64,000 nucleotides of DNA from a virus. The first letter of the stretch is position 1. Each line of letters starts with the position of its first letter. Shown in pieces: positions 1 to 9,177 of the stretch. The DNA is taken from positions 11,659 to 75,658 of IMG/VR virus record IMGVR_UViG_3300003323_000950, one strand, 5' to 3'. The translations under genes and the position numbers were made by a program. The notes under the pieces are model-generated. The model searched no databases, was not told where the DNA came from, and saw nothing but the letters and a program-made list of their open reading frames with translations.

Positions 1-314
1 AACAGCGGCAAATCAAAGCCCATGATATTGTGGCCTGCCAGATCACAGCCACTAATGAAGTTGGCAATTACAGAAGCGACTTCAGAGAACGGCGGATGGA
101 AAGCAAGTAATTCATCGGTAATACCTGTCACTTCTACGGCGCCAGGCGACATGGGCACAGTAGGGTTGACATAGAAACTGATTTTGTCGATAATTTCTTC
201 ATGACTGAGATAGCGCTGAAGATCAACCTTTACCATGGAAATCTCTGCTATCCTGGCGGTGGCTGGATTTGTATCCGTGGCCTCAAGATCGAAGAATACT
301 ACTGGTCTACTCAT
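1..314 (-). CDS. DEDDh 3'-5' exonuclease (DnaQ/Pol III epsilon-like), 3' end runs off the window
   Basis: Not in the ORF track. Manual translation from ATG at 314 gives MSRPVVFFDLEATDTNPATARIAEISMVK...VNPTVPMSPGAVEVTGITDE...LAGHNIMGFDLPLL, with ExoI (DLE) and ExoII (HN..FD) motifs. Confidence 0.9.
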   Translation of the reverse strand, partial: MSRPVVFFDLEATDTNPATARIAEISMVKVDLQRYLSHEEIIDKISFYVNPTVPMSPGAVEVTGITDELLAFHPPFSEVASVIANFISGCDLAGHNIMGFDLPL

Positions 315-323
315 TGGTTTATT

Positions 324-1967
324 TTAGTTTGATTGTGTCTCTGCAGATGTCTTCTTCGCGCGCATGTCCGCTCGGGCCTTGGCTGAGGCAGCTTTCATAA
401 CTGCCTTGTCGTCGATAGAAGTCTGGCCGATCAATAACGCCTTTGATTTATCCTGTCCGTTGCCCATGGAAGCGAGGAATACAATATCAAGAAGTAAAAA
501 TTCAATTCGCTTCTTATCCTTGGCGGGGCTCGTCGATGTGTTATTGTTAAGGTTGTCTACGATTTCGTCAAAGTCCAATGTGAAGAATACATCTTCTGAT
601 ATCTCGACACCTGGTTTGATATCCATCGGCGTCCAGTGTTCACCATCAAGCAGCGCCTGAACATTCAAAGTGAGGTCGTACTTTTTACATAGATCATATA
701 CAACTTTGTTCTCAAGCTGGATCTCTGACCAAATCTTGGCGATGGCGATGATCTGCGCCATGTTATGCAGGCCGGTATCGCGCCGGCATTCATTATCGCG
801 AAAAGCTTCCCAAAGGAGGTTATCGTAATTAGCCTCGGCTGCTGCTTTGAGATCCATCTGTTCTGCCTGCTCCCGGCTCACTTCTGGCTGAGGCGTTGAA
901 TCTATAGGCTCAGGTTTTTTCTCTTCAGTCTTAGATGAATTAATAATCCGTATGTATCCGGATTCGATTGCTTTTTCGTGGCTTTTGGATGGACCGACGA
1001 AAACGGCATATACCAGATCCTTTAAGCTTTTTTCCTTCTTGGCATCTACTGGCTGATAATTGTCAATACTTATGATGTCGCCGAGATCTTTGTAGTGTTT
1101 TTCAGCACCAGGATATCGGGCTGCATAAACCACGGTTCGCATTTTTTCGCTGTACTGGCGATGAAGGTCTTGATAATGCGCAATGTGTTTATCTCGATAA
1201 CAGGAAAGGTCGAGGCATTTATCTGAATCTGTCATATCCTTGAACAGTCCCGGCATCGTTCGCTTCATGCATGACATGCAAGAACCGCATGCAGCTAATT
1301 TTTCAGACGACACATCGAAATCAGCCCAGGCCAAAGGCATAAGGACATTGTGATCGAAGAAAGCTTTCAAATCCTTCAGTCCCGAAAACATGGGCTGTTC
1401 TACGCCGTTTACGATCACATTGACGATTGTCATATTCAGCGCTTCCTTCTGCAATTTCTGCTCTAGCTGCGAAATCTTTATGGCTGCTGTTACTGGTAGA
1501 ATATCCTTCTCTAAATACTGCTTAGCCTCGGGAATGAGATTAACGAGCCGGATGCGGCTATATACGTACTCCTCTGTCTTGCCAAATTTATTGGCTATAT
1601 CGATAAGCTGCACGCCTCGGCGCTTCTTCAGTATGCTGTCGTATGCCTCTCCTTCATCCAGAGGTGTAAGATCCTCACGGTTCAGGTTTTCAGCCACTTG
1701 CATGTCGAATACCTGATCATCGTTAAGCTCCAATATTTTACATGAAATATTGGTCCATCCAAGCGCGGTAGCAGCCCTGAATCGACGTTCTCCAAATACA
1801 ATTTCATAGACCCCTGTAGGCAACAGCCGAACACCAAGCGGCTCCAGAAGACCATGCTGGTTCATACTGGTCGCAAGCTCTTGAATATTTGATTCTGAGA
1901 AGTGTTTACGTGGGTTGGTAGGGCTCGTGCGGATCAGAGCCAAATGTAGTGATGTGTATTTTTCCAT
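324..1967 (-). CDS. ParB/Spo0J-family protein with long C-terminal extension
   Basis: NPRKHF, GLLEPLGVR, YEIVFGERRFRA (Arg patch), ENLNREDL, HTH region; Cys cluster CGSCMSC...C...C. Confidence 0.9.
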   Translation of the reverse strand: MEKYTSLHLALIRTSPTNPRKHFSESNIQELATSMNQHGLLEPLGVRLLPTGVYEIVFGERRFRAATALGWTNISCKILELNDDQVFDMQVAENLNREDLTPLDEGEAYDSILKKRRGVQLIDIANKFGKTEEYVYSRIRLVNLIPEAKQYLEKDILPVTAAIKISQLEQKLQKEALNMTIVNVIVNGVEQPMFSGLKDLKAFFDHNVLMPLAWADFDVSSEKLAACGSCMSCMKRTMPGLFKDMTDSDKCLDLSCYRDKHIAHYQDLHRQYSEKMRTVVYAARYPGAEKHYKDLGDIISIDNYQPVDAKKEKSLKDLVYAVFVGPSKSHEKAIESGYIRIINSSKTEEKKPEPIDSTPQPEVSREQAEQMDLKAAAEANYDNLLWEAFRDNECRRDTGLHNMAQIIAIAKIWSEIQLENKVVYDLCKKYDLTLNVQALLDGEHWTPMDIKPGVEISEDVFFTLDFDEIVDNLNNNTSTSPAKDKKRIEFLLLDIVFLASMGNGQDKSKALLIGQTSIDDKAVMKAASAKARADMRAKKTSAETQSN

Positions 1968-2009
1968 ATAAAAAAAGGGACGTTTCTTTTGTAAGGGGAC
2001 GGCATTTGG

Positions 2010-2477
2010 CTACTTCAAGTCATCAGAGACTTTATAACCGAGCTCGCAGAGCAGGAAAATGATAGTGCCGATGTTGTCGGGAAAGTCCAACATCTCGCCA
2101 TCATTCTTCATGCGGTAAATACTCCAGTTTTTGGTAATGAATACGACAGAGCCATCGTATCCAAGCATAATCTGCTTTTCGCTTGGAATGACGTTTAGCG
2201 GTTCGCCAAGGCCTTTACCGCCAAATCTCAGATGCGCGATGATGTCGGCCAGATGCTGCTCGGTCAGGGAAGAAAAAGACCTCAGCGCAGGCGTAACCAT
2301 ATCACCATCCACCCACTGCGAGCGCTCGCCAGACTTGATCTGGACGCCGCTGTCCTCCATATCCACGTTTTCAATCTGCCCAGTCTGGTTGTGCTCCTCG
2401 CCAAGGACCATAGCGAAAGCACCGATATAATGCTTTAAAAAGGTCCACCGGCTTAATTTTTCCATTTGAATGGTCAT
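2010..2477 (-). CDS. Hypothetical protein; distant paralogue of 62924..63601 possible
   Basis: Start moved to MTIQMEK (ATG 2477), downstream of the promoter/operator. PALRSFSSLT resembles LILRPLSSMT. Confidence 0.6.
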   Translation of the reverse strand: MTIQMEKLSRWTFLKHYIGAFAMVLGEEHNQTGQIENVDMEDSGVQIKSGERSQWVDGDMVTPALRSFSSLTEQHLADIIAHLRFGGKGLGEPLNVIPSEKQIMLGYDGSVVFITKNWSIYRMKNDGEMLDFPDNIGTIIFLLCELGYKVSDDLK

Positions 2478-2498
2478 AAAAATTGGGGTTTTAGTAAA

Positions 2499-2517
2499 AT
2501 GTAACTTCGCATTACAA
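2499..2517 (-). promoter_or_regulatory. Palindromic operator copy with near-consensus -7 element
   Basis: ATGTAAC-TTCGC-ATTACAA; minus strand reads TACATTTT (consensus TAnnTTTG). Confidence 0.6.
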
Positions 2518-2593
2518 ATAAATGCTATTTGCATGCGAAGTCAAAATATTTTATCTAAAATTTGGAAAAATGACCTGCCAGGAGTATTGCGCC

Positions 2594-2887
2594 CTATTTC
2601 TGATAGGCGAGGCTGAAATCTTGGGCTTTCTCGTTCCAGATAATGTAACGGAAACGCCCCATAACGGTATAATCAAGCTTGCCGTTTACAAGATTGTAAT
2701 CTAACGCCTGATTGCTGGTGTAGGTTATGCCGCGGGCAGCTTTGAACTCCTCGAGGCTCAGTAGCTTATATTCAACTCCATCGATGATGATGTTTGGCCG
2801 CGGATATTCCATTAACGCCTTATGATAATTATTATCACCAAAAATAGGATGATCGCGATCAGAATCCAAAATAACGACGTTTTCCAA
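2594..2887 (-). CDS. Hypothetical protein
   Basis: 97-aa ORF; its start overlaps the upstream gene by 76 nt, so the true start may be internal. Confidence 0.5.
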   Translation of the reverse strand: MENVVILDSDRDHPIFGDNNYHKALMEYPRPNIIIDGVEYKLLSLEEFKAARGITYTSNQALDYNLVNGKLDYTVMGRFRYIIWNEKAQDFSLAYQK

Positions 2888-3450
2888 AATTGTTGCCGGC
2901 TGCCGTCGAGAGTTACATGCTGCGTTTGAACATCCTTTTTTACCGTTTGCTCCTTGATCTTGTAAAAAACTGAAGCAAGCTGCCCGCCCTTGATCGTGGT
3001 TTCAATGTTTATTCGATCGTCGTTGAAAACATAGACGCTGTCGATGGCATACCCGCGCATGAACTTGTCCCGTGCCAGCTTGATCTGCTGATTGACTTTA
3101 TAGGATTCAGCGAGCGCCCGCTCCCTGGCTGATGCCAGAAGGTTACCAGACGCTATTGCGCGGCGTAGAGAATCGTTTCTCAGCACGAGGCTGTCATAGT
3201 CACCTGCATCCTTATTGAATGCGGCAGAATCGATTTGTGGGGTTATCAGGACCTCCCGAGTTTCGCCTGGAACGATTATCTCCACGGTGAGCATCTTGTT
3301 TACCGAGTCTGCCACGCTGGGATCTAAGCGAATGCCTTTTTGGATTTTGTCAAAGCCTCGGCGTACTAGGGAACGCGCGCGCTGCTTGGTGGATATGCAG
3401 CTGCTGGCGAGTAGCGCAATTAAGAGTACAGAAAGGGTTATTTTTTTCAT
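2812..3450 (-). CDS. Lipoprotein with C-terminal TM helix; unimolecular-spanin-like
   Basis: Lipobox LLASSC; C-terminal FWILIAIILFLVIIIIIRR; lies downstream of the endolysin. Confidence 0.6.
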   Translation of the reverse strand: MKKITLSVLLIALLASSCISTKQRARSLVRRGFDKIQKGIRLDPSVADSVNKMLTVEIIVPGETREVLITPQIDSAAFNKDAGDYDSLVLRNDSLRRAIASGNLLASARERALAESYKVNQQIKLARDKFMRGYAIDSVYVFNDDRINIETTIKGGQLASVFYKIKEQTVKKDVQTQHVTLDGSRQQFWKTSLFWILIAIILFLVIIIIIRR

Positions 3451-3905
3451 GTTTGTCGCTCGGTGTAGTCTTTGACAGCCTTACGAACTGAATCGTCGAA
3501 TATCTTGTATAAGCTTCCCACCATTGTCAATTCTTGATTCCGCGCTTGGGTTAGGGCCTGAATAATGGATTCTAAATCCCATCCGTACGCCATCGATTTC
3601 TTTTTCAATTCGATCAAACAGTTGTCGATCACCATGAAAAGTATTTGTATCAGTCCACGCGTGCTGCAGACAATCGGCAAAGGTCCAACGTGGTTGATTC
3701 GGTGGATTAAGTCGTTCGACTCGTCTATGTGCTGTTTCTTTATTGCCTCCAATTCCTCCAGGTGCTTCTGCTGCATTAAATGCAATTGCATTTGATGTTT
3801 GAGTAGAAGCTTTTTTACGGCGCGGGCGAGGAATAGCAGATGTAGCGGCAAAGAAGCAAGCAAGCCAAGCAAGAACATCCCGAATAGCATCAGGTAAAAG
3901 TTCAC
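3447..3905 (-). CDS. Membrane-anchored hypothetical protein
   Basis: N-terminal hydrophobic helix then coiled coil; 4-nt overlaps with both neighbours. Confidence 0.65.
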   Translation of the reverse strand: MNFYLMLFGMFLLGLLASLPLHLLFLARAVKKLLLKHQMQLHLMQQKHLEELEAIKKQHIDESNDLIHRINHVGPLPIVCSTRGLIQILFMVIDNCLIELKKKSMAYGWDLESIIQALTQARNQELTMVGSLYKIFDDSVRKAVKDYTERQT

Positions 3906-4438
3906 GGATTAAAAATGTTTCGGATTTCATTACATAATTTTAAAAATGGTTTCGCGGCTATTAATACGAAGTAGGCAACCAATTTAATGGTGTTGATGTC
4001 GAAGCCGCCCGGCAGGACATCGTCATTATAGCGCAAAACGAAATCAAAAAGTGTTGCCACCTCCAAAACGATAAAGCAGATCACATTCGTCCTGTTTTTG
4101 GGCATGAAAATGCATACCAAAAAAAGAATTGTGGCCTGGTAGATAATTCTGGATACATGTTCGGATGACAAGTAAACGACCCACTCGGCTGGTATTTGCT
4201 TGTCTGAAAGAGGAAACTTGTACAGTTTTTCTGCCGGCACAACGTTATGAATAACCATAACGCCGACGCCGGCATACATCATAATCTGTAGCACCTGTTC
4301 CTTATTGCGAACCAGCATTCCCCATACATACGCCGGCCTGCTCTTCAGCCATCGCATAAAATTATGGTATACCGCAAAAAATAGCTGTATGACAGCTGCG
4401 GTATTATGCTTTACGATATGTACGAGTGTGGTTATCAA
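3902..4438 (-). CDS. Multi-pass membrane protein (start may be ATG 4357)
   Basis: About four hydrophobic segments; polar motif EH in SSEHVSR. Confidence 0.65.
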   Translation of the reverse strand: MITTLVHIVKHNTAAVIQLFFAVYHNFMRWLKSRPAYVWGMLVRNKEQVLQIMMYAGVGVMVIHNVVPAEKLYKFPLSDKQIPAEWVVYLSSEHVSRIIYQATILFLVCIFMPKNRTNVICFIVLEVATLFDFVLRYNDDVLPGGFDINTIKLVAYFVLIAAKPFLKLCNEIRNIFNP

Positions 4439-4464
4439 AGGGGAATAAAGAAGGGTCTAAAACT

Positions 4465-4632
4465 TTAATTGCTGCCAGGTGGTTTGGTCGGCGGCGGTGT
4501 GATGGGCTTGCCGTTGTCGTCGTCGACACCGTTTGTTTCCGGCAGCTCGGGCTCAGGCACCGGCGTAGGCGCAGGTACGCAATCTTGAGTCTGTTCGTTT
4601 TCCGGTGAGGTCTCTTTAGGATCTGGTTCCAT
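4465..4632 (-). CDS. 55-aa acidic, Pro-rich peptide
   Basis: Manual translation: MEPDPKETSPENEQTQDCVPAPTPVPEPELPETNGVDDDNGKPITPPPTKPPGSN; A-rich leader; fills the gap between two genes. Confidence 0.7.
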   Translation of the reverse strand: MEPDPKETSPENEQTQDCVPAPTPVPEPELPETNGVDDDNGKPITPPPTKPPGSN

Positions 4633-4642
4633 AAATTTTTAA

Positions 4643-5089
4643 TTATTGTTTTGTTCTTGCGACTAGCAAGGTAGCAGATAAAACTGAAAGAAACCCAACA
4701 CTTCCTTTTAGTAGATTTATGTTATTGATATCGTGCTTTAAAATATTAAGGCGTTGTTGGTATTTGGTAGACGACTTCTGATAATACTTCAGACTTTTAT
4801 TCAGCGTTACGATATCTTCCTGGAGATCGCGTTCGGATGCTTCATGAACGCGTACTTGATTTGTAAGATATACTATCTGTGATTGTTCCTGAGTACACAA
4901 TGAAGTTCTCAAGCGCTTATTTTCGGCATTGAGAACGCCGATACTGTCGAATAGATGGACTGATGTTTTTCGCGCGGCGTCGCGTTCTCGGACAAGGCGA
5001 TTATAATCAGACTCGCTGATGATCCTATCTTGGCACCACGCGCTGAAGGCTCCGAATATAATTACGCAAAGAATCAACCCTTTTTTCAC
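4643..5089 (-). CDS. Secreted coiled-coil protein with C-terminal hydrophobic helix (spanin candidate)
   Basis: Signal peptide ending SAWC, coiled coil, C-terminal GSVGFLSVLSATLLVA; in lysis cassette. Confidence 0.5.
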   Translation of the reverse strand: MKKGLILCVIIFGAFSAWCQDRIISESDYNRLVRERDAARKTSVHLFDSIGVLNAENKRLRTSLCTQEQSQIVYLTNQVRVHEASERDLQEDIVTLNKSLKYYQKSSTKYQQRLNILKHDINNINLLKGSVGFLSVLSATLLVARTKQ

Positions 5090-5420
5090 AATCTGTCCTG
5101 GTTTTTTCGATGATCTTCTTCTGCTTATTGATGGTGAATGACTTGTCTTTTGTGTCCCCCTCGTATATCGTAATCATGATGCTGTCTTCCTTGACACGGA
5201 ATAAAAGTTCTTTTGTTAGCCGGCTGTATACATAAATGATGCTGTCCTTTTTCTGCATGACGCTATCCTGAATCTGCAGCGTGCTGTCCGTTTGGATAAG
5301 GATTTGATGTGTTTTCAGAGTCGACCGCTTCGCTTCATACGTCACAATCATGATCAAAATCAATATACCAACGGCAGCTATGACAAATTTATATTCCTTT
5401 AAAACATCACTTACTTTCAT
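5025..5420 (-). CDS. Inner-membrane-anchored protein (Rz/i-spanin candidate)
   Basis: Single N-terminal TM then coiled coil; in lysis cassette. Confidence 0.5.
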   Translation of the reverse strand: MKVSDVLKEYKFVIAAVGILILIMIVTYEAKRSTLKTHQILIQTDSTLQIQDSVMQKKDSIIYVYSRLTKELLFRVKEDSIMITIYEGDTKDKSFTINKQKKIIEKTRTDCEKRVDSLRNYIRSLQRVVPR

Positions 5421-5700
5421 ACTTATCGATTTTTTTACTCAATTCTTCTATTCTTTGATCTCTCATCTCGTTGGCTTCTTTGATTTTCTCCTTCATCTCG
5501 TTGTCAAACTGTGCACGCTGCCTTCTTCCATCCAAATATTGCCACACGTTTAAAGCGACAAGAACAGAGCATATCCACTTCATTAGGTCGAAGAGGGCGT
5601 TTTGCTTAGCAAGTTCCTCCATGGCTCCGCCATTCATCGAAGGAATGACGGAACCATCAATTTGAAGAAGGATTGTGTATATGTATAATATAACTATCAC
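5407..5700 (-). CDS. Holin candidate
   Basis: Small, hydrophobic segments, highly charged C-terminus, overlaps the endolysin stop. Confidence 0.5.
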   Translation of the reverse strand: MIVILYIYTILLQIDGSVIPSMNGGAMEELAKQNALFDLMKWICSVLVALNVWQYLDGRRQRAQFDNEMKEKIKEANEMRDQRIEELSKKIDKYESK

Positions 5701-6191
5701 ACTACTTTAATGAAGCCCATTACATCAAGGCCGCTTTTATCTCCGCTGAGTGTGCGTGTGTGCTCAAATACCCGGTCACCGTTCCGTGATCCGCTCGCGC
5801 CAGTATTTCCTTCAATCGACATGAATGTTGTGTCGTTGATAGCCATGGATACTATACCAGCGTGCCCGTTGTAAGTAAGTTTTCCATCTTTGTACAAACC
5901 CCATATAACAAGCGATCCGAGAATAGGTTTATCGAATATGGTATATCCGGCGGCTTTGAAGTTCTCAAGCGTCTTTCGAGTAGAAGGATCAAATAACTTC
6001 TTAAATGCTTCCGATTTCTCGGGGAAAGCCTTTCTGAAAACCATCTGCGCAAAGCAGGCGCACCACGCATAGCCTGGCTGCCACTCTCCAAGGGCCTTCA
6101 TCTCCTTTTCGAATTCAGGATCTTTGAATCCGGCATTGCCGGGTACCTCCAATTTGCCCAGGTAGGTTCGGGCTATTTCAATTTGCTTCAT
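5697..6191 (-). CDS. Endolysin, CHAP-domain amidase/peptidase
   Basis: AWCACF (catalytic Cys), GHAGIV (His), SIEGNT. Confidence 0.9.
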   Translation of the reverse strand: MKQIEIARTYLGKLEVPGNAGFKDPEFEKEMKALGEWQPGYAWCACFAQMVFRKAFPEKSEAFKKLFDPSTRKTLENFKAAGYTIFDKPILGSLVIWGLYKDGKLTYNGHAGIVSMAINDTTFMSIEGNTGASGSRNGDRVFEHTRTLSGDKSGLDVMGFIKVV

Positions 6192-6196
6192 ATTTT

Positions 6197-6463
6197 TTAA
6201 TTAACGGCTTGATCCCCGTTATGGCAAAGATAAACATCTCCGCCGGTAACAGATACAATCCTGCTTACCAGGATCGGATGATATCCTTTCGATAGCGCCA
6301 CACCTGTCTGCGTCGCGCTGCCACCGGAATCCTTCAGAGTTACAGTAGAATCAGCTGTCAGGTAGAATGTCACATTGTTTAACACTTTACCATTGAAGGT
6401 GATGTCGGCATCAACTGGAGTGTACTTTGTGAAGTATCGGCATTGAAAAATAGGTCCTCCCAT
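6197..6463 (-). CDS. Small beta-rich protein, possibly virion-associated
   Basis: 88-aa ORF directly after the Ig-repeat gene. Confidence 0.6.
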   Translation of the reverse strand: MGGPIFQCRYFTKYTPVDADITFNGKVLNNVTFYLTADSTVTLKDSGGSATQTGVALSKGYHPILVSRIVSVTGGDVYLCHNGDQAVN

Positions 6464-6475
6464 AAAATTTATTTT

Positions 6476-9043
6476 TTAAGTCATTTTTTCATAAGCAGAG
6501 TAAGCGCCTGAAACATCCATCGGCCATTTAACACCTTCATAATCGTATTGCGCCATGTGGTGTATTCTGGTGAACGACTGCCGCGCCCGGAATGCTGGCG
6601 ATGAAGTGCTGGTCAGGTGAAAATCATTATTCGCCTGATCTACAAATCCAGGTGTCGCAATGTTCGTAGTGATGTAGTTGTTTACTATCCAGTTCGCCTG
6701 TGAGCTCACGTTTCCGTTTACGCCATATTGCGTTGTGTTGGCCGCAACAATCAAATTGTCCGCAGATATATACGGATTAACTTTTGTTGATCCCATGCCG
6801 GAATTGTAGAACATGTAAAAAGGCGGGTTCGTAGCTGAAGCTGGTATAATAAGCGTATTGTTGAAGAACTTAATAATTATGTCATTGAATCCTTCAACGT
6901 TGTTCGACGCCTGGCTAAATATGTTCGATGCAGGATTTGATATTCGATTCACGAAAATATTGGAGAACACTTCTACGTTTCTACCCTTCGTTCCGGTTTG
7001 AGTCTGCATGAGCTCGGGAGCGGTAAGAATGAGATTTTGGTAGAATGCCACATCTCTGCACCCAGGGTTTATAACTATGCCGTCGCGCTGGCCGCTGTTG
7101 TTACGTAAGCCTGAATTCAAGAAGACGTTATTGTGGGCCTCTACGTTATTGCAATTTCCGAACTGTATAGAATCGTTTCCGGAGTTCTCACAAATCACAT
7201 TGTAAAGGCGGACGTTTGAAAGCGTTCCATAGTTGTCCGTGTCGCCAGTTCGCCCCAGATATAAGGATTCGTCGAGCATATCGTGGATGTACATCCGAAG
7301 CATCCATATCTTATTGAACTGGTAATTCGAATAGTTGATATCTGAATCGGCGAAGTTTTGTGCCTGTGCCGTGCATGAAGATCCTATTCGAGCATTTGAA
7401 GCGCCGCCCCGGCCGTCTACCTCGAATCCGGCCAGCGTAATACCTTTTCCGGCGTTGGCCAGCGTAGTCGATCCGTCGTCTTCTATGCCGCGTAGGTATA
7501 TGGATTGGCCAGCGGTCGATATGCCTGGCCCGAAGGTAAATTTGACAGCGTACTGCAGCGCGTCATCCGCGCAACCGTCGAAAAGAATATTCTGGCACTC
7601 GGTTACATTGAATGGATACGGGTAGCCATTGGTCTCTATGATCATCTGTTTACCAGGAGTCTTTGATTTAAATATTACGTGAATAGGCAGGTTTTCATTC
7701 GTGCTTTTCGCCTTAATGGTGGTTATGGCGTTGGCGAAGTCTATCGTGTTCGCGCCGTTCTTACCGGACCTTGTTCCATTACCGGTAGCCCATATTTTAT
7801 ATCCTTGCCGATCAACATTACCCAAGTCTGCAAAACCGCTAAATCCACCCGAGTCCATATCCCATGTTACGTTTGCCTGCGCCTGGGTGAATATTGCGGG
7901 GAATACCGTTACCGCCCGCTTGAAATACCGCTCAAATGACAGCGTTCCTTTCGTAACGACTACACGAAGATCATAAGCCTTCATAGCAGTTGTAAATGTA
8001 TAAAGAACAGATACGCCAACGCTGCTGGTTTCTTCTGCAAGTGTCTCAGAGTCTATGAGGGACCAAGTGCAATTATATCCGGTAGGAATATTCAGTGAAC
8101 ATCCGTTTGAAACTCCCACGCGCCATACATCTTTCAAACCAGTTGTCGTTATTTTCTCTCCTAACAAATTCGGTGTTGAGTCTCCAATGCCGATACCAGA
8201 AGATATTGCTGTTGTAGAGCCTCCAGTATTTGTTGCGGTTACTGCGCAAGTAATCGTGGTGCCATCGTCTGCCCCAACGAGAAGGTATGTAGAAGATGTA
8301 GCGCCAGAAATATTCGTTCCATTACGGCGCCATTGATACGTATATGAAAGTGTCGCTTGAGATGTCCATGTGCCGTTTGATGTGGAAAGCGTCTGGCCTA
8401 CAGCGGGCGTTCCAGTGATTGCTGGCGGCACGGTGTTAACCGGGTTCGCTGGCAATACTGATGCAGTAGACGCTGATGTTGCCGGCGTCGATCCGCCAGT
8501 GTTGGATGCCGTCACGACAACGGTTATGGCTGTATTGTAGTCGGTGGTTATAAGCGTGTAGTTCGAGGCTGTCGCGCCAGATATATCACTTCCGTTACGC
8601 TTCCATTGGTATGTGTATGAAATTGTTCCCTGGCCAGTAAACGTTCCATTGTTCGTTGATAGCGTGTTTCCAACTTTAGCGGTACCGCTGATTACTGGCA
8701 GCACTGTATTCAACGGATTTGCTGGCAGCGTAGTCAAAGAATTAGAATCTGCCGAAGCTGATCCGGATCCATTGGTAGCCGTTACTGTACAGCTTAAAGC
8801 AGTATTATAATCAGCAGTAACAGGAGTATAATTTTGACTTGTCGCGCCGGAAATATTTACTCCATCTCTTTTCCATTGATATGTAAACGTTGGGGAGTTA
8901 GTCCAGGAGCCGACGCTTACTGACAAAGATGTTCCAACTTTTGGTGTTGCTGAAAGGCTGGGGGCAGCCTGATTAACCGGCGGTCCAATTCCGTTATTAC
9001 CCGTTATTGAACCTGCTATGAATATTGAATTAGAGATCAGCAT
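6476..9043 (-). CDS. Three Ig-like repeats plus right-handed beta-helix (pectate-lyase-like) domain; depolymerase/adhesin
   Basis: Start reassigned to ATG 9043 (MLISNSIF), after a terminator and a TATTTTTG promoter at 9065-9072. Three N.V.P.ISGT..VG.TLS...GTW...TYQW.R.G..ISGAT repeats; Asn-rich beta-helix rungs with IHD and NDSIQFG. Confidence 0.8.
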   Translation of the reverse strand: MLISNSIFIAGSITGNNGIGPPVNQAAPSLSATPKVGTSLSVSVGSWTNSPTFTYQWKRDGVNISGATSQNYTPVTADYNTALSCTVTATNGSGSASADSNSLTTLPANPLNTVLPVISGTAKVGNTLSTNNGTFTGQGTISYTYQWKRNGSDISGATASNYTLITTDYNTAITVVVTASNTGGSTPATSASTASVLPANPVNTVPPAITGTPAVGQTLSTSNGTWTSQATLSYTYQWRRNGTNISGATSSTYLLVGADDGTTITCAVTATNTGGSTTAISSGIGIGDSTPNLLGEKITTTGLKDVWRVGVSNGCSLNIPTGYNCTWSLIDSETLAEETSSVGVSVLYTFTTAMKAYDLRVVVTKGTLSFERYFKRAVTVFPAIFTQAQANVTWDMDSGGFSGFADLGNVDRQGYKIWATGNGTRSGKNGANTIDFANAITTIKAKSTNENLPIHVIFKSKTPGKQMIIETNGYPYPFNVTECQNILFDGCADDALQYAVKFTFGPGISTAGQSIYLRGIEDDGSTTLANAGKGITLAGFEVDGRGGASNARIGSSCTAQAQNFADSDINYSNYQFNKIWMLRMYIHDMLDESLYLGRTGDTDNYGTLSNVRLYNVICENSGNDSIQFGNCNNVEAHNNVFLNSGLRNNSGQRDGIVINPGCRDVAFYQNLILTAPELMQTQTGTKGRNVEVFSNIFVNRISNPASNIFSQASNNVEGFNDIIIKFFNNTLIIPASATNPPFYMFYNSGMGSTKVNPYISADNLIVAANTTQYGVNGNVSSQANWIVNNYITTNIATPGFVDQANNDFHLTSTSSPAFRARQSFTRIHHMAQYDYEGVKWPMDVSGAYSAYEKMT

Positions 9044-9090
9044 TGTAACAAGTTGTTTACTGATCAAAAATAGCCCAAAAGAATCGACAC

Positions 9091-9121
9091 AAAAAAACCC
9101 AGGAATTTCTTCCCGGGTTTT
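9091..9121 (-). terminator. Rho-independent terminator
   Basis: AAAACCCGGGAA-GAAA-TTCCTGGGTTTTTTT on the minus strand. Confidence 0.8.
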
Positions 9122-9154
9122 AACCCTACTACTAAATGATGATAATTTATATAA

Positions 9155-9164
9155 CAAATGTAAC
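9155..9164 (-). promoter_or_regulatory. Bacteroidota -7 promoter element with operator half-site
   Basis: Minus strand GTTACATTTG, only about 35 nt upstream of a terminator. Confidence 0.6.
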
Positions 9165-9177
9165 TTCAAATATTGTA

